This document shows positions 51,195 through 64,000 of a stretch of 64,000 nt of DNA, one piece after another. The position numbers and the translations under genes were made by a program. Each line of letters opens with the position of its first letter. Positions within the stretch are counted from its first letter, which is position 1. The DNA is taken from positions 55,182,001 to 55,246,000 of the forward strand of contig CM059432.1 in assembly GCA_030390025.1 (NCBI GenBank), written 5' to 3'. This DNA is from Squalus acanthias. Lineage: Eukaryota. The notes under the pieces are model-generated. The model was not told the DNA's origin. It did not search any database and saw nothing but the letters and a program-made list of their open reading frames with translations.

Positions 51195-52241
51195 ATGACC
51201 AGTCTGGTGTGAAAGATCAAAGTACCACTACAGAGCTGTCCAAATTCAAAACTGATATCCAGTTCCTTCATAACCAGCTTGGTGACATTGCAGACAAAGC
51301 CTCCAAAAACAAAGTTGCACTGGACAAGCTACAAGAGACTGATCAATCAATGACAACCAACCATAACTCCCTGAAAAACTTGTTGGACAGCAACTCAAGA
51401 TCTATCAGAGACATAAACCAGACTTTATTGACATACAGTGGATACATTACCAACCTGGAGCAAAACACTGGTAAGCTGCAAAATGACGTACAAGGACAAG
51501 CCAAGTCTCAAAGCAATACAGTTATGAAGCTCAGTCAGTTAAATCAGACACAGATTCAGCAAAGGGATTTATACAGTGCACTGCAGAAATCTGTTGATGA
51601 TACCAGTCAGGCCATCCAGAAGATAAGGAACGATTGGCAGGCTCTCCAACAGACTGTGCTTCAAGCACGAAAGGACACTGACTGGCTAAAGGAGAAATTA
51701 CAATACCTACAGTTACAAGCAGTGAACAACTCAGTTATGGTGACTAGTAATAGTGACACTTTGGAGGATATGAATAATCAACTGAACTCTCTCAGTAGCC
51801 AGATGGCGAATATTAGTTTCACAGCTACCATTCATGAAGAGAGTCTCAAGCATCTACAGCAGTATCAAAAAGCTCATGAAAACAAAACGTCTGCCAGTTT
51901 TGAACAACTTGAAGTGCGCATGGATATAAATGAGAGAGACATCAGCAGTATTATTGGCAATATTAGTTGGACTGTGCAACATCTTCGATCACTGACAAAC
52001 AACTTGAATGGTATAAAAACCACTTGTACCAATACATTGAGTCAACATGCAGACAAGCTAGCCATCCTGACCACCAATATGGACAACATCCGTGTGGACA
52101 GCTCTCTCCTCAAAGCGCAGCAAAGTGTAATGGAGGCCAGGTTGGATATTGAGGTTGGCAACTTGTCCATGATCATGGAAGAAATGAAACTTGTAGACAC
52201 AAAGCATGCTCAGCTGATTCAAAACTTCACAATTCTTCAAG
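51195..52241 (+). CDS. COLEC12: Collectin-12 large coiled-coil exon (1047 nt)
   Basis: ttttgtag acceptor and gtaagc donor. Open frame (D)DQSGVK...RLDIEVGNLSMIMEEMKLVDTKHAQLIQNFTILQ with heptad character and many N-x-S/T sequons. The C-terminal part is characteristic of COLEC12. Confidence 0.95.
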
Positions 52242-52921
52242 GTAAGCATTTTCTGTGAATTGTTCAAAACTAAGGTGAAATTAATTTATTTTAAGCCTGG
52301 TCAATTCAATCTAGTTAAGGATATTAATTTTGAAATGTAAGGGAACTATTTGAAAGGAACTGCTTTCAAACTTTTGACCATATTCACACAGATATTTTAG
52401 TTTATATGTTAGTATGCTTCTTTATAGTATTTTACAGAATTACACGATGCAATAGCACAAACTGATGTTTTTTAAACCATTGAAATAATTTATTTTCCCA
52501 CAGGATAGTGGAACAGATTACCAGAAAAAAGTAATTAATTCTAGGTCAATTAAAAAGGACTGGATTGAGGCTTACAGAGATATCAATACATTTGTTTTAT
52601 TCATATAGGCATTGAGAAAAGTATGCAGCGATCTTGAGTGGGAGAGAGTCTATGATTGAAGCAGTTGTGTATAGACTGTGGAAGCGGAGGGCTTGGTGGG
52701 ACTAAGCTTTCTTAACATTCTGATCATTATTCTGACAAATAAAGGCCTTGAAATTCATGCGAGTCTAAATTTTTGGTGTGCGATTGGCACAGGGTTTCTC
52801 CCCTGCACCTGAATGGTGAGGCCCGAGGCTCCCTAATATTGGGCATCGGGCCTCATTTCAATGGAGCCGGCAGGACGATGAGAGCCCACCGGCGAAGAAG
52901 ATTGCAGATTAGGCTGCTGAG

Positions 52922-53102
52922 AGTGGCGCAGCGGCTCTCAGGTACATTGGTCTGGGGGTCGGGGCTGATCGTGGCGTAGCGGCTCTCAGGTACATTGGTC
53001 TGGGGGTCGGGGCTGATAGTGGCGTAGCGGCTCTCAGGTACATTGGTCTGGGGGTCGGGGCTGATAGTGGCGTAGCGGCTCTCAGGTACATTGGTCTGGG
53101 GG
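52922..53102. repeat. 48-bp tandem repeat (~3.8 copies)
   Basis: Unit gtggcgtagcggctctcaggtacattggtctgggggtcggggctgata. Confidence 0.9.
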
Positions 53103-53219
53103 TTGGGTCTGGGATTGGGTTTGTAGTCAGAGCATCGAGGTCGATGGAGTTCAGGATCGGGGTTGAGTCCGGGAATTGCAGGGGTGGGGAGGGAGATCTG
53201 GGGTTGGGGCTGGGAGCGG

Positions 53220-56200
53220 CGGCGATGGCGGGGGTGAGCGGCGGTGATGGAAGGGAGGAGCAGTGGCGATGGGGGAGGAGCGGTGATGGGGGAGCAGTGG
53301 CGATGGGGGAGGAGCGGTGATGGGGGAGGAGCGGTGATGGGGAGGAGCGGTGATGGGGAGCGACGGTGATGGGGGGAGGAGCGGTGATGGGGGGAGGAGC
53401 GGTGATGGGGGGGAGCGGTGATGGGGGAGGAGCGGTGATGGGGGGAGGAGCGGTGATGGGGAGGAGCGGTGATGGGGAGGAGCGGTGATGGGGAGGAGCG
53501 GTGATGGGGAGCGACGGTGATGGGGAGGAGCGGTGATGGGGGAGGAGCGGTGATGGGGGAGGAGCGGTGATGGGGGGAGGAGCGGTGATGGGGGGGAGCG
53601 GTGATGGGGGGAGGAGCGGTGATGGGGGGAGGAGCGGTGATGGGGAGGAGCGGTGATTCGAGGGGGGGGGAGAGCGGTGATGGGGGGAGGAGCGGTGATG
53701 GGGAGGAGCGGTGATGGGGAGGAGCGGTGATGGGGAGCGGTGATGGGGGGGGAGCGGTGATGGGGAGGAGCGGTGATGGGGGGGAGCGGTGATGGGGGGA
53801 GGAGCGGTGATGGGGAGCGACGGTGATGGGGAGGAGCGATGGGGAGGAGCGGTGATGGGGAGGAGCGGTGATGGGGGAGGAGCGGTGATGGGGAGGAGCG
53901 GTGATGGGGAGGAGCGGTGATGGGGAGGAGCGGTGATGGGGGTGAGCGGTGATGGGGAGGAGCGGTGATGGGAAGGAGCGGTGATGAGGAGGAGCGGTGA
54001 TGGGGGAGGAGCGGTGATGGGAGGAGCGGTGATGGGGAGGAGCGGTGATGGGAGGGGCGGTGATGGGGGGAGGAGCGGTGATGGGAGGAGCGGTGATGGG
54101 GAGGAGCGGTGATGGGGAGGAGCGGTGATGGGGGGGGAGTGGTGATGGGGGAGGAGCGGTGATGGGGGGAGGAGCGGTGATGGGGGGGGAGCGGTGATGG
54201 GGAGGAGCGGTGATGGGGAGCGACGGTGATGGGGGGGAGCGGTGATGGGGGGGAGCGGTGATGGGGGGAGGAGCGGTGATGGGGGGGAGCGGTGATCGGG
54301 GGAGGAGCGGTGATGGGGAGCGGTGATGGGGGGGAGCGGTGATGGGGGGGGAGCGGTGATGGGGAGGAGCGGTGATGGGGAGGAGCGGTGATGGGGAGGA
54401 GCGGTGATGGGGGGAGTAGCAGTGATGGGGGGGAGCGGTGATGGGGAGCGGTGATGGGGGAGGAGCGGTGATGGGGAGGAGCGGTGATGGGGGGGGGGAG
54501 CGGTGATGGGGGGAGTAGCGGTGATGGGGGGGGAGCGGTGATGGGGAGCGGTGATGGGGGAGGAGCGCTGATGGGGGAGGAGCGCTGATGGGGAGGAGCG
54601 ATGATGGGTAGCGACGGTGATGGGGGGGGAGCGTGATGGGGGGGGAGCGGTGATGGGGGGGAGCGGTGATGGGGGAGGAGCGGTGATGGGGAGGGGCGGT
54701 AATGGTGAGGAGCGGTGATGGGGAGGAGCGGTGATGGGGGAGGAGCGGTGATGGGGAGGGGCGGTAATGGTGAGGAGCGGTGATGGGGGGAGGAGCGGTG
54801 ATGGGGAGGAGCGATGGGGGAGGAGCGGTGATGGGGAGGAGCGATGGGGGAGGAGCGGTGATGGGTAGCGACGGTGATGGGGGGAGCGGTGATGGGGGAG
54901 GAGCGGTGATGGGGGGGAGCGGTGATGGGGGAGGAGCGGTGATGGGGGGAGCGGTGATGGGGAGGAGCGGTGATGGGGGGAGGAGCGGTGATGGGGAGGA
55001 GCGGTGATGGGGAGGAGCAGTGATGGGGGGAGGAGCGGTGATGGGGGGAGCGGTGATGGGGGAGGAGCGGTGATGGGGGAGGAGCGGTGATGGGGGAGGA
55101 GCGGTGATGGGGAGGAGCGGTGATGGGGGGGGGAGCGGTGATGGGGGGGAGCGGTGATGGGGAGGAGCGGTGATGGGGGGAGGAGCGGTGATGGGGAGGA
55201 GCGGTGATGGGGGAGGAGCAGTGATGGGGGGAGGAGCGGTGATGGGGGGGAGCGGTGATGGGGGAGGAGCGGTGATGGGGGAGGAGCGGTGATGGGGGGA
55301 GGAGCGGTGATGGGGGGAGGAGCGGTGATGGGGAGGCGGTGATGGGGAGGAGCAGTGATGGGAGGAGCGGTGATGGGGGGGAGCGGTGATGGGGGAGGAG
55401 CGGTGATGGGGGAGGAGCGGTGATGGGGGAGGAGCGGTGATGGGGGGAGGAGCGGTGATGGGGGGGAGCGGTGAAGGGGGGAGGAGCGGTGATGGGGAAT
55501 GGCGGTGATGGGGAGGAGCGGTGATGGGGGAGGAGCGGTGATGGGGAGGAGCGGTGATGGGGAGGAGCAGTGATGGGAGGAGCGGTGATGGGGAGGAGCG
55601 GTGATGGGGGAGGAGCGGTGATGGGGGAGGAGCGGTGATGGGGGGAGGAGCGGTGATGGGGGGAGGAGCGGTGATGAGGGGAGGAGCGGTGATGGGGGGA
55701 GGAGCGGTGATGGAGGGAGGAGCGGTGATGGGGGGAGGAGCGGTGATGGGGGGAGCGGTGATGGGGAGGAGCGGTGATGGGGGTGAGCGGTGATGGGGAG
55801 GAGCGGTGATGGGGGGAGGAGCGGTGATGGGAGGAGCGGTGATGGGAGGAGGAGCGGTGATGGGGAGGAGCGGTGATGGGGAGCGACGGCGATGGGGGGA
55901 GGAGCGGTGATGGTGGAGGAGCAGTGATGGGGGAGGAGCGGTGATGGGGGAGGAGCGGTGATGGGGGAGGAGCGGTGATGGGGAGGAGCGTTGATGGGGA
56001 GGAGCGGTGATGGGGGGAGCGGTGATGGGGGAGGAGCGGTGATGGGGAGGAGCGGTGATGGGGAGGAGCAGTGATGGGGAGGAGCGGTGATGGGGGAGGA
56101 GCGATGGGGGAGGAGCAGTGATGGGGGGGAGCGGTGATGGGGAGGAGCGGTGATGGGGAGGAGCGGTGATGGGAGGAGCGGTGATGGGAGGAGGAGTGAT

Positions 56201-56620
56201 GGGGGAGGAGCGGTGATGGGGGAGGAGCGGTGATGGGGGGAGGAGCGGTGATGGGGGGGAGCGGTGATGGGGGGAGGAGCGGTGATGGGGAGGAGCAGTG
56301 ATGGGGAGGAGCGGTGATGGGGGAGGAGCGATGGGGGAGGAGCAGTGATGGGGGGGAGCGGTGATGGGGAGGAGCGGTGATGGGGGAGGAGCGGTGATGG
56401 GGAGGAGCGGTGATGGGGAGGAGCGGTGATGGTGGAGGAGCAGTGATGGGGGAGGAGCGGTGATGGGGAGGAGCGGTGATGGGGGGGAGCGGTGATGGGG
56501 AGGAGCGGTGATGGGGAGGAGCGGTGATGGGGGGAATGGCGGTGATGGGGAGGAGCGGTGATGGGGGGAATGGCGGTGATAGGAGGGAACGACAGCGATG
56601 GGGGGGTGGGGTGTCGTGGT
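53220..56620. repeat. ~3.4-kb G-rich minisatellite with a 15-21-bp unit
   Basis: Unit (gagg)agcggtgat followed by a G-run of variable length. Confidence 0.97.
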
Positions 56621-56859
56621 GATGGGAGTCAAGGGAGCTGCGCCAATCGGTTACTTTAATGTGGGGCCTGGAGGAGCATTACCTGCTCCTCCCAGCTCAA
56701 CAATCAGATCAGTGGGCCTAACAGGCCTTTTCCTGAGTGCGGCCCGAGAAGGGCCAGTGAGAGCAAATTTTTTATATTTCCGGAGCCTCCAACAGCCCCA
56801 GTGATCTCTACAAACAGTTTGTCCACAGGCTGCCAGTGCATTTTGTGCCACCCAACTAG

Positions 56860-57489
<630 letters not shown>

Positions 57490-57518
57490 TAATTATGTGC
57501 TAAAATTGAAAACTCTCT

Positions 57519-57693
57519 GGGGTCGATATTAACTTTCACTGCTGGACAAAAAACTGTTATTAGTGGATCAGTCGCCTGATATACATCCTCACTGATTTTC
57601 CTTTCCATTGACTTCAATCGAGCAGGGTGTACAACATGCGGCCGATCTGCTACCACCAGTTTTCCACACGACAGTGAAGATTAAGATCTACCA
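57519..57693. mobile_element. Short hairpin MITE just downstream of the collagen exon
   Basis: Imperfect inverted ends ggggtcgatattaactttcactg / cagtgaagattaagatctaccac. Confidence 0.5.
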
Positions 57694-58388
57694 CTCCATT
57701 TCTCTAATTGCCTGGTTCCAGAAACATTACAAGAAACAATTTGCTATATATATGATAAAAAAAAGTGACTTTTCATGTTTATTTTTCAGATTTTGTGTTA
57801 AGTATTTTTTGTGTGTACATTTAGTACCAAGTTATAATTCCACATGAATTTAATTATATTAAAGAAGGTACGAATTCATTACTTATAAGACTAGTTTATT
57901 TAATATGAACATAACAAGAGCTCTTCTTTGCTCATATATGGAATGAAGTTCTTATTTTTGTTAATCTTAGTTAAAAAGGTCTACGTGAGTAAAGAGTGTT
58001 TCACCACTTTATGCTCCCATCTACTTAGAATCACAGAATTTTTCTGCAGGGAAAGAGGCTGTTCAGCCTTACGTGTCTGCACTGGGTCTCTGAAAGAGTT
58101 GTCCATCGGAACATAATAGTAGGCAATTCAGTCCCTCAAGCCTGTTCTGGTATTCAGTTAGATCATGGCTGATCTGTACCTTAACTCCATCTACCCACCT
58201 TGGTTCCATAACTCTTAATACCCTTGCCTAACAAAAATCCAATCAGTCCCATTTCCCTGCCCATTTGGTCAAGTGGGAAAATTGCACCTTTGGCTGCTTT
58301 TATCAGTTTTACTGCCATTCTGCATTTCCTGGTACAGATTCAACACAGCACTAATAAATAACACCAATAAACTGAAACCATTAATTTA

Positions 58389-58858
58389 GATAAGAACATA
58401 AGAAATAGGAGCAGGAGTAGGCCATTTGGCCCTTCGAACCTGCTCCGCCATTCAATAAGATCATGGCTGATCTTCGACCTCATCTCCACTTTCCTGCACT
58501 ATCCCCATATCCCTTGATTCCCTTAATATTCAAAAATCTATCGATCTCTGTCTTGAATATACTCAACGACTGAGCCTCCACAGCCCTCTGAGGTAGAGAA
58601 TTCCAAAGATTCACCACCCTCTGAGTGAAGAAATTTCTCCTCATCTCAGTCCTAAATGGCCGACCCCTTATTCTGAGACTGTGACCCCTGGTTCTAGACT
58701 CCCCAGCCAGGGGAAACATCCTCCCAACATCTACCCTGTCAAGCCTGTAAGAATTTTGTATGTTTCAATGAGATCACCTCTCATTCTTCTAAACTCTAGA
58801 GGATGTAGGCCTAGTCTACTCGATCTCTCCTCATAGGACAATCCCCCCATCCCAGGAT
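58389..58858 (-). mobile_element. CR1 3' fragment
   Basis: FPLAGESRTRGHSLRIRGRPFRTEMRRNFF and aagaacat tail. Confidence 0.9.
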
Positions 58859-59143
58859 TGGAAGTAGATCCCACAAATTCCGATTACTTACCCATTTTCA
58901 GGCATTTATCAGCTGGGTGTCTGGCATATGCAGAAACACATCACCTTATTTAAGGGTCTGTAAATCAAGCTCCTGAGAAATCTCCACAGGTAGAGTTTTG
59001 GTTTTCCCAAAATGGGGTATAAAGTCCCTCCTTGTAGGGACACACCACACTAAGTCTAAACGTTTAGGTGCAGGTTGGCAAAGCACAAGGCTCAATGACA
59101 CCTAAGTGCTCGTGTGGAGCATAAATGTCAGCATAGACCAGTT

Positions 59144-59948
59144 GGGCAGAATTTTAACTCCCAAAAACGGGTGGGTTGGGGTCAGGTGGGAGATTAAAGT
59201 GTTAAAAATCTGAATCCCGACCCTAACCTGCCCACTTCCGGGTTTAACGGAGGCGGGACAGGGGGGTGGGGTGGGCGGCCAACCCTCTCCCGGGAGGCGG
59301 TGGCAATTTACATTTTATAGTGAGGCTGCGTACCTCATTTTGAAGCTCCATTTTAAATTCAGCTTCGGCTGAAGGCCTCAGGAAACCCACCAATTAAAGG
59401 AAGGCAAGGACTGCTGGATCCAGGAGGCAAGTGCCTTTCCACTTACCTGCTGGATCCAGCGTTCCTGCCTCATCAATCCCCCGCAATCAGACAACACCCT
59501 ACCCTTCCGATCACCCCCTCCCCCCTCCCCTAGGCCTCTGATCCCTCCTCCAGCCTTCTGACCACCTCCACCCCCCCAGCCTCCGTTCCCCCTTCTGGCC
59601 TCCAATCCCTCTTCTGGACTCCGATCCCCCTCCGGCCTCCGATCCCTGGCCCCTGACGCCCCCTCCAACCTCCAGCCTTCCGACGATCTCCAGCCTGCCG
59701 ACCCCCTCCGATGATCTCCAGCCCTCCGTCTCCCTTCTCTCTGCGGCCTAGAGCCGCAGGCCTACTCGCCCGACAGCCAACCAGCCTCTTCATCTGGCTG
59801 GCTGTGGGCGAGAAACAAGAGAAGCAAAATGTTAATCAGGCCCAGCCGTTACATTCGGCAGGGCCTGAGGGAAACCCATTCTCCCGGGTTTTCCGACCAC
59901 ATTACAGCCCCCCTGGTCCCTACCTGCCTCCAAATTAAAATTCCGGCC
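59144..59948. mobile_element. MITE-like element with a C-rich degenerate repeat core
   Basis: Ends gggcagaattttaa / ttaaaattccggcc. No clear TSD. Confidence 0.55.
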
Positions 59949-61084
59949 TCATGTAAGTGTGTGCAGCACTATTAATGGAGTTTAACTAACTAAAGTCCCA
60001 CAGGCTGCCACTGCAGCCCACTGGTAAGATTGTTGCTTTAGGCCCAGCCAGGGTCAAGCTCCTCATTAGGGCATTGACTTGGAGGGTTACCTGAAGCGAA
60101 GTGAGAAGAATCTTAGCCCCCAGTGACAAATCTGCCCTTCCAAATTCCATTATTTATCAAGCTAGTTTGCTCAATCATTAACAGTGACCTGGAGAACTGG
60201 GGACCTGCCTGACTCAAGTACTGGATTACCTAATCTGCCACCGAGAGTGGACTTGGTACCAGACTTTCATTGCCGTGTGTGCCATCTTGGAGCCAACTCA
60301 ACTGCAAAGGGACTTTGATACAACCCATAATCCTCCCCCAAGAGGATAGTCTGAGTTGGTCATCAGACAGCTGTCAAATGAGGTTTCAACCCATGCTAGA
60401 TGGGCAGCTGGTATCAGGAGCTCTGCAAGGTGAGCAGCGCAACTGGCATCTAATGTGTAAGTGTATTTCCACCAACCTCTTGATCACAACATGGACACAC
60501 ACCATATCCTATTGAACAGTAATTCCACTAGTTGGAGGTGTGGAGCTTCAATAGCATCAGTTTGCTTTTCTGCAGCGAATCACAGTCGGAACCAAATCCC
60601 TTACACTAATAGCGTTGCACATCAACTTCAAGCCAGACCAAACCCGTACATTCTTTCATACATTCTCCATCACACTTTCTTTCACAAATGCCCTGACACT
60701 TTAAACACACTACCTCACACCTTCTCTGTATTCTTAATACAATCCTATTGGACTCCAAAGGTTAAATAGAAACTGTGCCAGCATAGAAATAAAGTTGCTG
60801 TGCAATCTAGAAAGTCCTAGAAGCTGACACCAATACAGCATCTGAACATAGGTATCAAAAATAGCAATTGGCTGGTGATACACAATACATTCCAAGTTAT
60901 GTAATAATTAGCAGTTCCTTACAACAAATGCAAGGTATGAACTATACAGTAGGAATAGCCAGATGGATTGTATAGTATTTTCTAGTGCTGTGTTCTAATT
61001 GTTAAATTTTAGATTTGTATTTGTAATTGCAAACTCCCGCCAACCTCCCTTTCAACTCAGGGTTCATTTTTGTCTAATTATGCT

Positions 61085-61640
61085 TCTGTGAAGCACCTTG
61101 GGATATTTTTCTACATTAAAGGCGCTATAGAACGGTAAGTTGGTTGTTGAATCAGACAAAAATCAATGCCGAGCCAAAGATGGAGATATTAGGAGGGGTG
61201 ACTAAAAGTTTGGTCAAAGAGATGGGTTGTAAAGAGGGTCTTAAAGGACGAAAGGGAGGCGGAGAGGTTTAGACAGAGAATTCCAGAGCTTACAGCCTAA
61301 ACGGTTGAAGGTACGACCACCAATGGTGTGGCAAAGGGAATGGGGGATGCACAAGAGGAACACAGAGTTGGAAGAACACAGAGTTTTCGGCAGGCTGGAG
61401 GAGATTACAAAGATAGAGAGAGGTGAGGCCAGGAAGGGATTTAAACGAAGGATGAGAATTTTAAATTTGAGGCGTTGGGGTCTGGGAGCCAATGTAGTTC
61501 AGCAAGCACAGGGGTGATGGGAATGGAAGCTCAGCTCGGGGCGAAATAGGTATTCGATGATAGAAACAGTCTATTTCAACTTGAGACGGTGGCCAGGGAG
61601 GGGGATGGAATTGGTCACAAGGGTACAATGGCTTTGGTCT
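61085..61640 (-). mobile_element. L2 fragments (a + strand tail at ~61085-61150 abutting a - strand 3' fragment)
   Basis: QRLKFKILIL...GGRTF...LWNSL on the minus strand. The L2 tail motif is shared with 46170-46235. Confidence 0.7.
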
Positions 61641-62491
61641 TCCCTATGTTTTATGTTTTCCTAAAAATGTATTACATAGAGCTGCAATTTGATAGATAGA
61701 ACTGCTGTTTTCACATTTCAATGATTTTCAAAGGATTATGTTTAAACATAATCAATATTAAAACATGTCCCTCTCATTGCCATAAAATATGAATTTGTAA
61801 GAAAATTCAAGATAATATATTTTCAAAAATGTCCTCTTATCTGACTTCATCAAAATAGCCCAGGAAGAAGACTGTCTTTTCAAGTGGCCTAATAAGCCAG
61901 TAGCACAGTGAATGTTGCCACAGTGACTAGGTGAAGTTAAACATGGTGGCACAGTAGATTAGAGACTAGCTTTTCACCTGTGGGACCTATGTTGAAATCT
62001 AGCTCAGACTGATGGGGTGAAAGTTTCCTGAGTCAGCTGGCTGTAAGGGTCTAATGTGAAATGAGTTTGGGTAGTTTCAATACACTTCCTAGTGGGCATT
62101 GGTCTACAATACAAACTGTCCCTAATCCGGCGCGAAATGGTAATTTCACTCAGGCTGGCTGATATGGAAAATGGAAAAAATGTTACACCAATGCAATAGG
62201 GGTGCTCCTCTGGGTTTTCTGTGGCTCTTCCGCCCATGAGCGGGAGAACCCCTGCAGTAAATATTGTTGGACAGAATAGAAGGAGTTTTACTCTTCAGTT
62301 AGCTGTGAAATACCTGGAAAATTTGGTGCTGATACTGGATGCCTTAAATGGAAAATGTTCCATTCCCCAGACTAAACCTTGCTCACTTGATGAGCACCAA
62401 ATGAAAATAAAATTCTTTAAAATATGTGTTATGTTTTCTTGTACTACTTAAATATGCCTTCAGTAATTTCCTTATCTGTGTTTTCTTAAAG

Positions 62492-62628
62492 GTTGTCCAC
62501 CTAAATGGAAGAATTTTAAGGATAAATGTTACTATTTCTCCGTTGATCTTGTTGAATTTGAAGAAGGAAAAAATCTGTGCAAAAACATGTCATCCAACAT
62601 GATTATAATTAATAACCGCGAAGAACAG
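62492..62628 (+). CDS. COLEC12: Collectin-12 first C-type lectin domain exon (137 nt; not in the ORF track)
   Basis: ttttcttaaag acceptor and gtacc donor. Encodes (G)CPPKWKNFKDKCYYFSVDLVEFEEGKNLCKNMSSNMIIINNREEQ, the typical long-form CTLD N-terminus. Confidence 0.95.
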
Positions 62629-63121
62629 GTACCAAAAAAAAATCAAAACTTAAAATACCTCAATATTATTTTACTCAAATTTGAAAAATTCTTATTTGCT
62701 TCAGAAATATCAAAAGTAAAGGACTAGAGGTTAAGGCACACTTGGTTTACAACATTTTTCTTTAACCTTTATAAATTGGGTTCAAATGGGGCCAAACAGA
62801 TACAAATGTCTTGTTCTCTGAAAACTATTCAATTTTATTATGCAGTATAAGAAATTAAGAAAGCATGGAATACGAAAAGGCTATTTGAACCATCAAGCCT
62901 ACTCTTTATAGACATTTTGCATGGGCTCTACCCAACCCATTTAATCTTTGTGGTTCTGCAATGTTTCTCCCTGGCTACCAAGTGTTACTTAAGCAAAACT
63001 CGAGAATATCTCATTAATCTTGCATTGTAATTGTTCATCTTTACTAATTGCCTTTCCTGATGGCATTACCAAGGTTCAGCAGTTCAGAAGCTGTTATATT
63101 CCTTCTCTCTCTGGACCTAAC

Positions 63122-63700
63122 TTTTTTTTAATTCATTTTTATGGGATGTGGGCGTCGCTGACAAGGCCAGCATTTATTGCCCATCCCTAATTGCCCTTGA
63201 GAAGGTGGTGGTGAGTCACCTTCTGGAACCGCTGCAGTCCGTGTGGTGAAGGTACTCCCACAGTGCTGTTAGGGAGGGAGTTCCAGGATTTTCACCCAGC
63301 GACGATGAAGGATCGGCGATATACTTTTAAGTCAGGATGGTGTGTGACTTGGAGGGGAACTTGGAGGTGGTGGTGTTCCTATGCGCCTGCTGCCCTTGTC
63401 CTTCTAGGTGGAAGAGGTCGCAGGTTTGGGAGGTGCTGCCAAAGAAGCCTTGGCGAGTTGCTGCAGTGCATCTTGTAGATGGTACACACTGCAGCCACGG
63501 TACGCCAGTGGTGGAGGGTGTGAATGTTTAAGGTGGTGGATGGGGTGCCAATCAAATGGGCTGCTTTGTCCTGGATGGTGTCAAGCTTCTTGAGTGTTGT
63601 TGCAGCTGCACTCATCCAGGCAAGTGGAGAGTATTCCATCACACTCCTTACTTGTGCCTTGTAGATGGTGGAAAGGCTTTGGGGAGTCAGGAGGTGACTC
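63122..63700 (-). mobile_element. 3' fragment of the same LINE family as 39330-40866
   Basis: Near-identical to 39330-39900 (MEYSPLAWMSAA..., HHLLKGN end). Confidence 0.88.
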
Positions 63701-64000
63701 TCAATCTCATTCCTAATCAGGTTTTAATAAACAAAATATCGATACGGTATTTTAATTGAACTTGAAACAATGGGACACGATCCTAGTGGTTAGAATGGGA
63801 TTGCACTTGCCAGTGCCTTCCAGTACTGACCCCACCAGAGTTTGCAGGTCAGAGGCAGGGCACCTAATTTGCATGGGGCAGGCAAGCACATCTCCAGCAC
63901 CTGCCTGCCTCATGCAACCAGAAAATCAGGCAGTTGCCTGCGATTGAGGGGGGCGCGTATGGCCAGGCCTCTTCCCCTCAGACCCCAACCATGTTAACTG

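Noticed and set aside
51101..52258. Stand-alone 385-aa ORF, and likewise 56860-57492 and 38303-38497
   Set aside because: These are exons plus intronic read-through. Splice signals and phase continuity define the real boundaries.
52853..56632. 1259-aa Pro/His-rich ORF on the minus strand
   Set aside because: It is the translation of a minisatellite whose C-rich strand lacks stop codons. Unit length varies freely, so the peptide cycles through all frames, which indicates no coding constraint.

Overview
Vertebrate genomic DNA, most likely a cartilaginous fish (inferred from the CR1 LINEs with 8-nt tails, the Deu-type SINE and the collectin sequence). The only host gene I can support is collectin-12 (COLEC12/CL-P1) on the + strand, seen as four internal exons: 38343-38441, 51195-52241 (coiled coil), 57023-57478 (collagen) and 62492-62628 (start of the C-type lectin domain). 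Its start and end lie outside the window. The rest is intron filled with often nested transposable elements. These include: a structurally complete PIF/Harbinger transposon (32547-36716) with an intact DDE transposase and an intact 3-exon Myb/SANT partner gene; a decayed related copy (46638-50899); a third family cut by the window start; many Harbinger MITEs whose insertion sites share an extended target consensus; a full-length CsRn1-type Gypsy LTR retrotransposon nested in a hAT element; two near-full-length CR1 LINEs, one with a 46-bp 5' monomer array; and L2, SINE and Tigger-like pieces plus several minisatellites. I found no prokaryotic-type system and no wholly new gene family. The best leads are the potentially active two-component Harbinger family, its target specificity, and a conserved C-terminal block in its Myb partner that I cannot name. 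All coordinates were read by eye; no database search was run.
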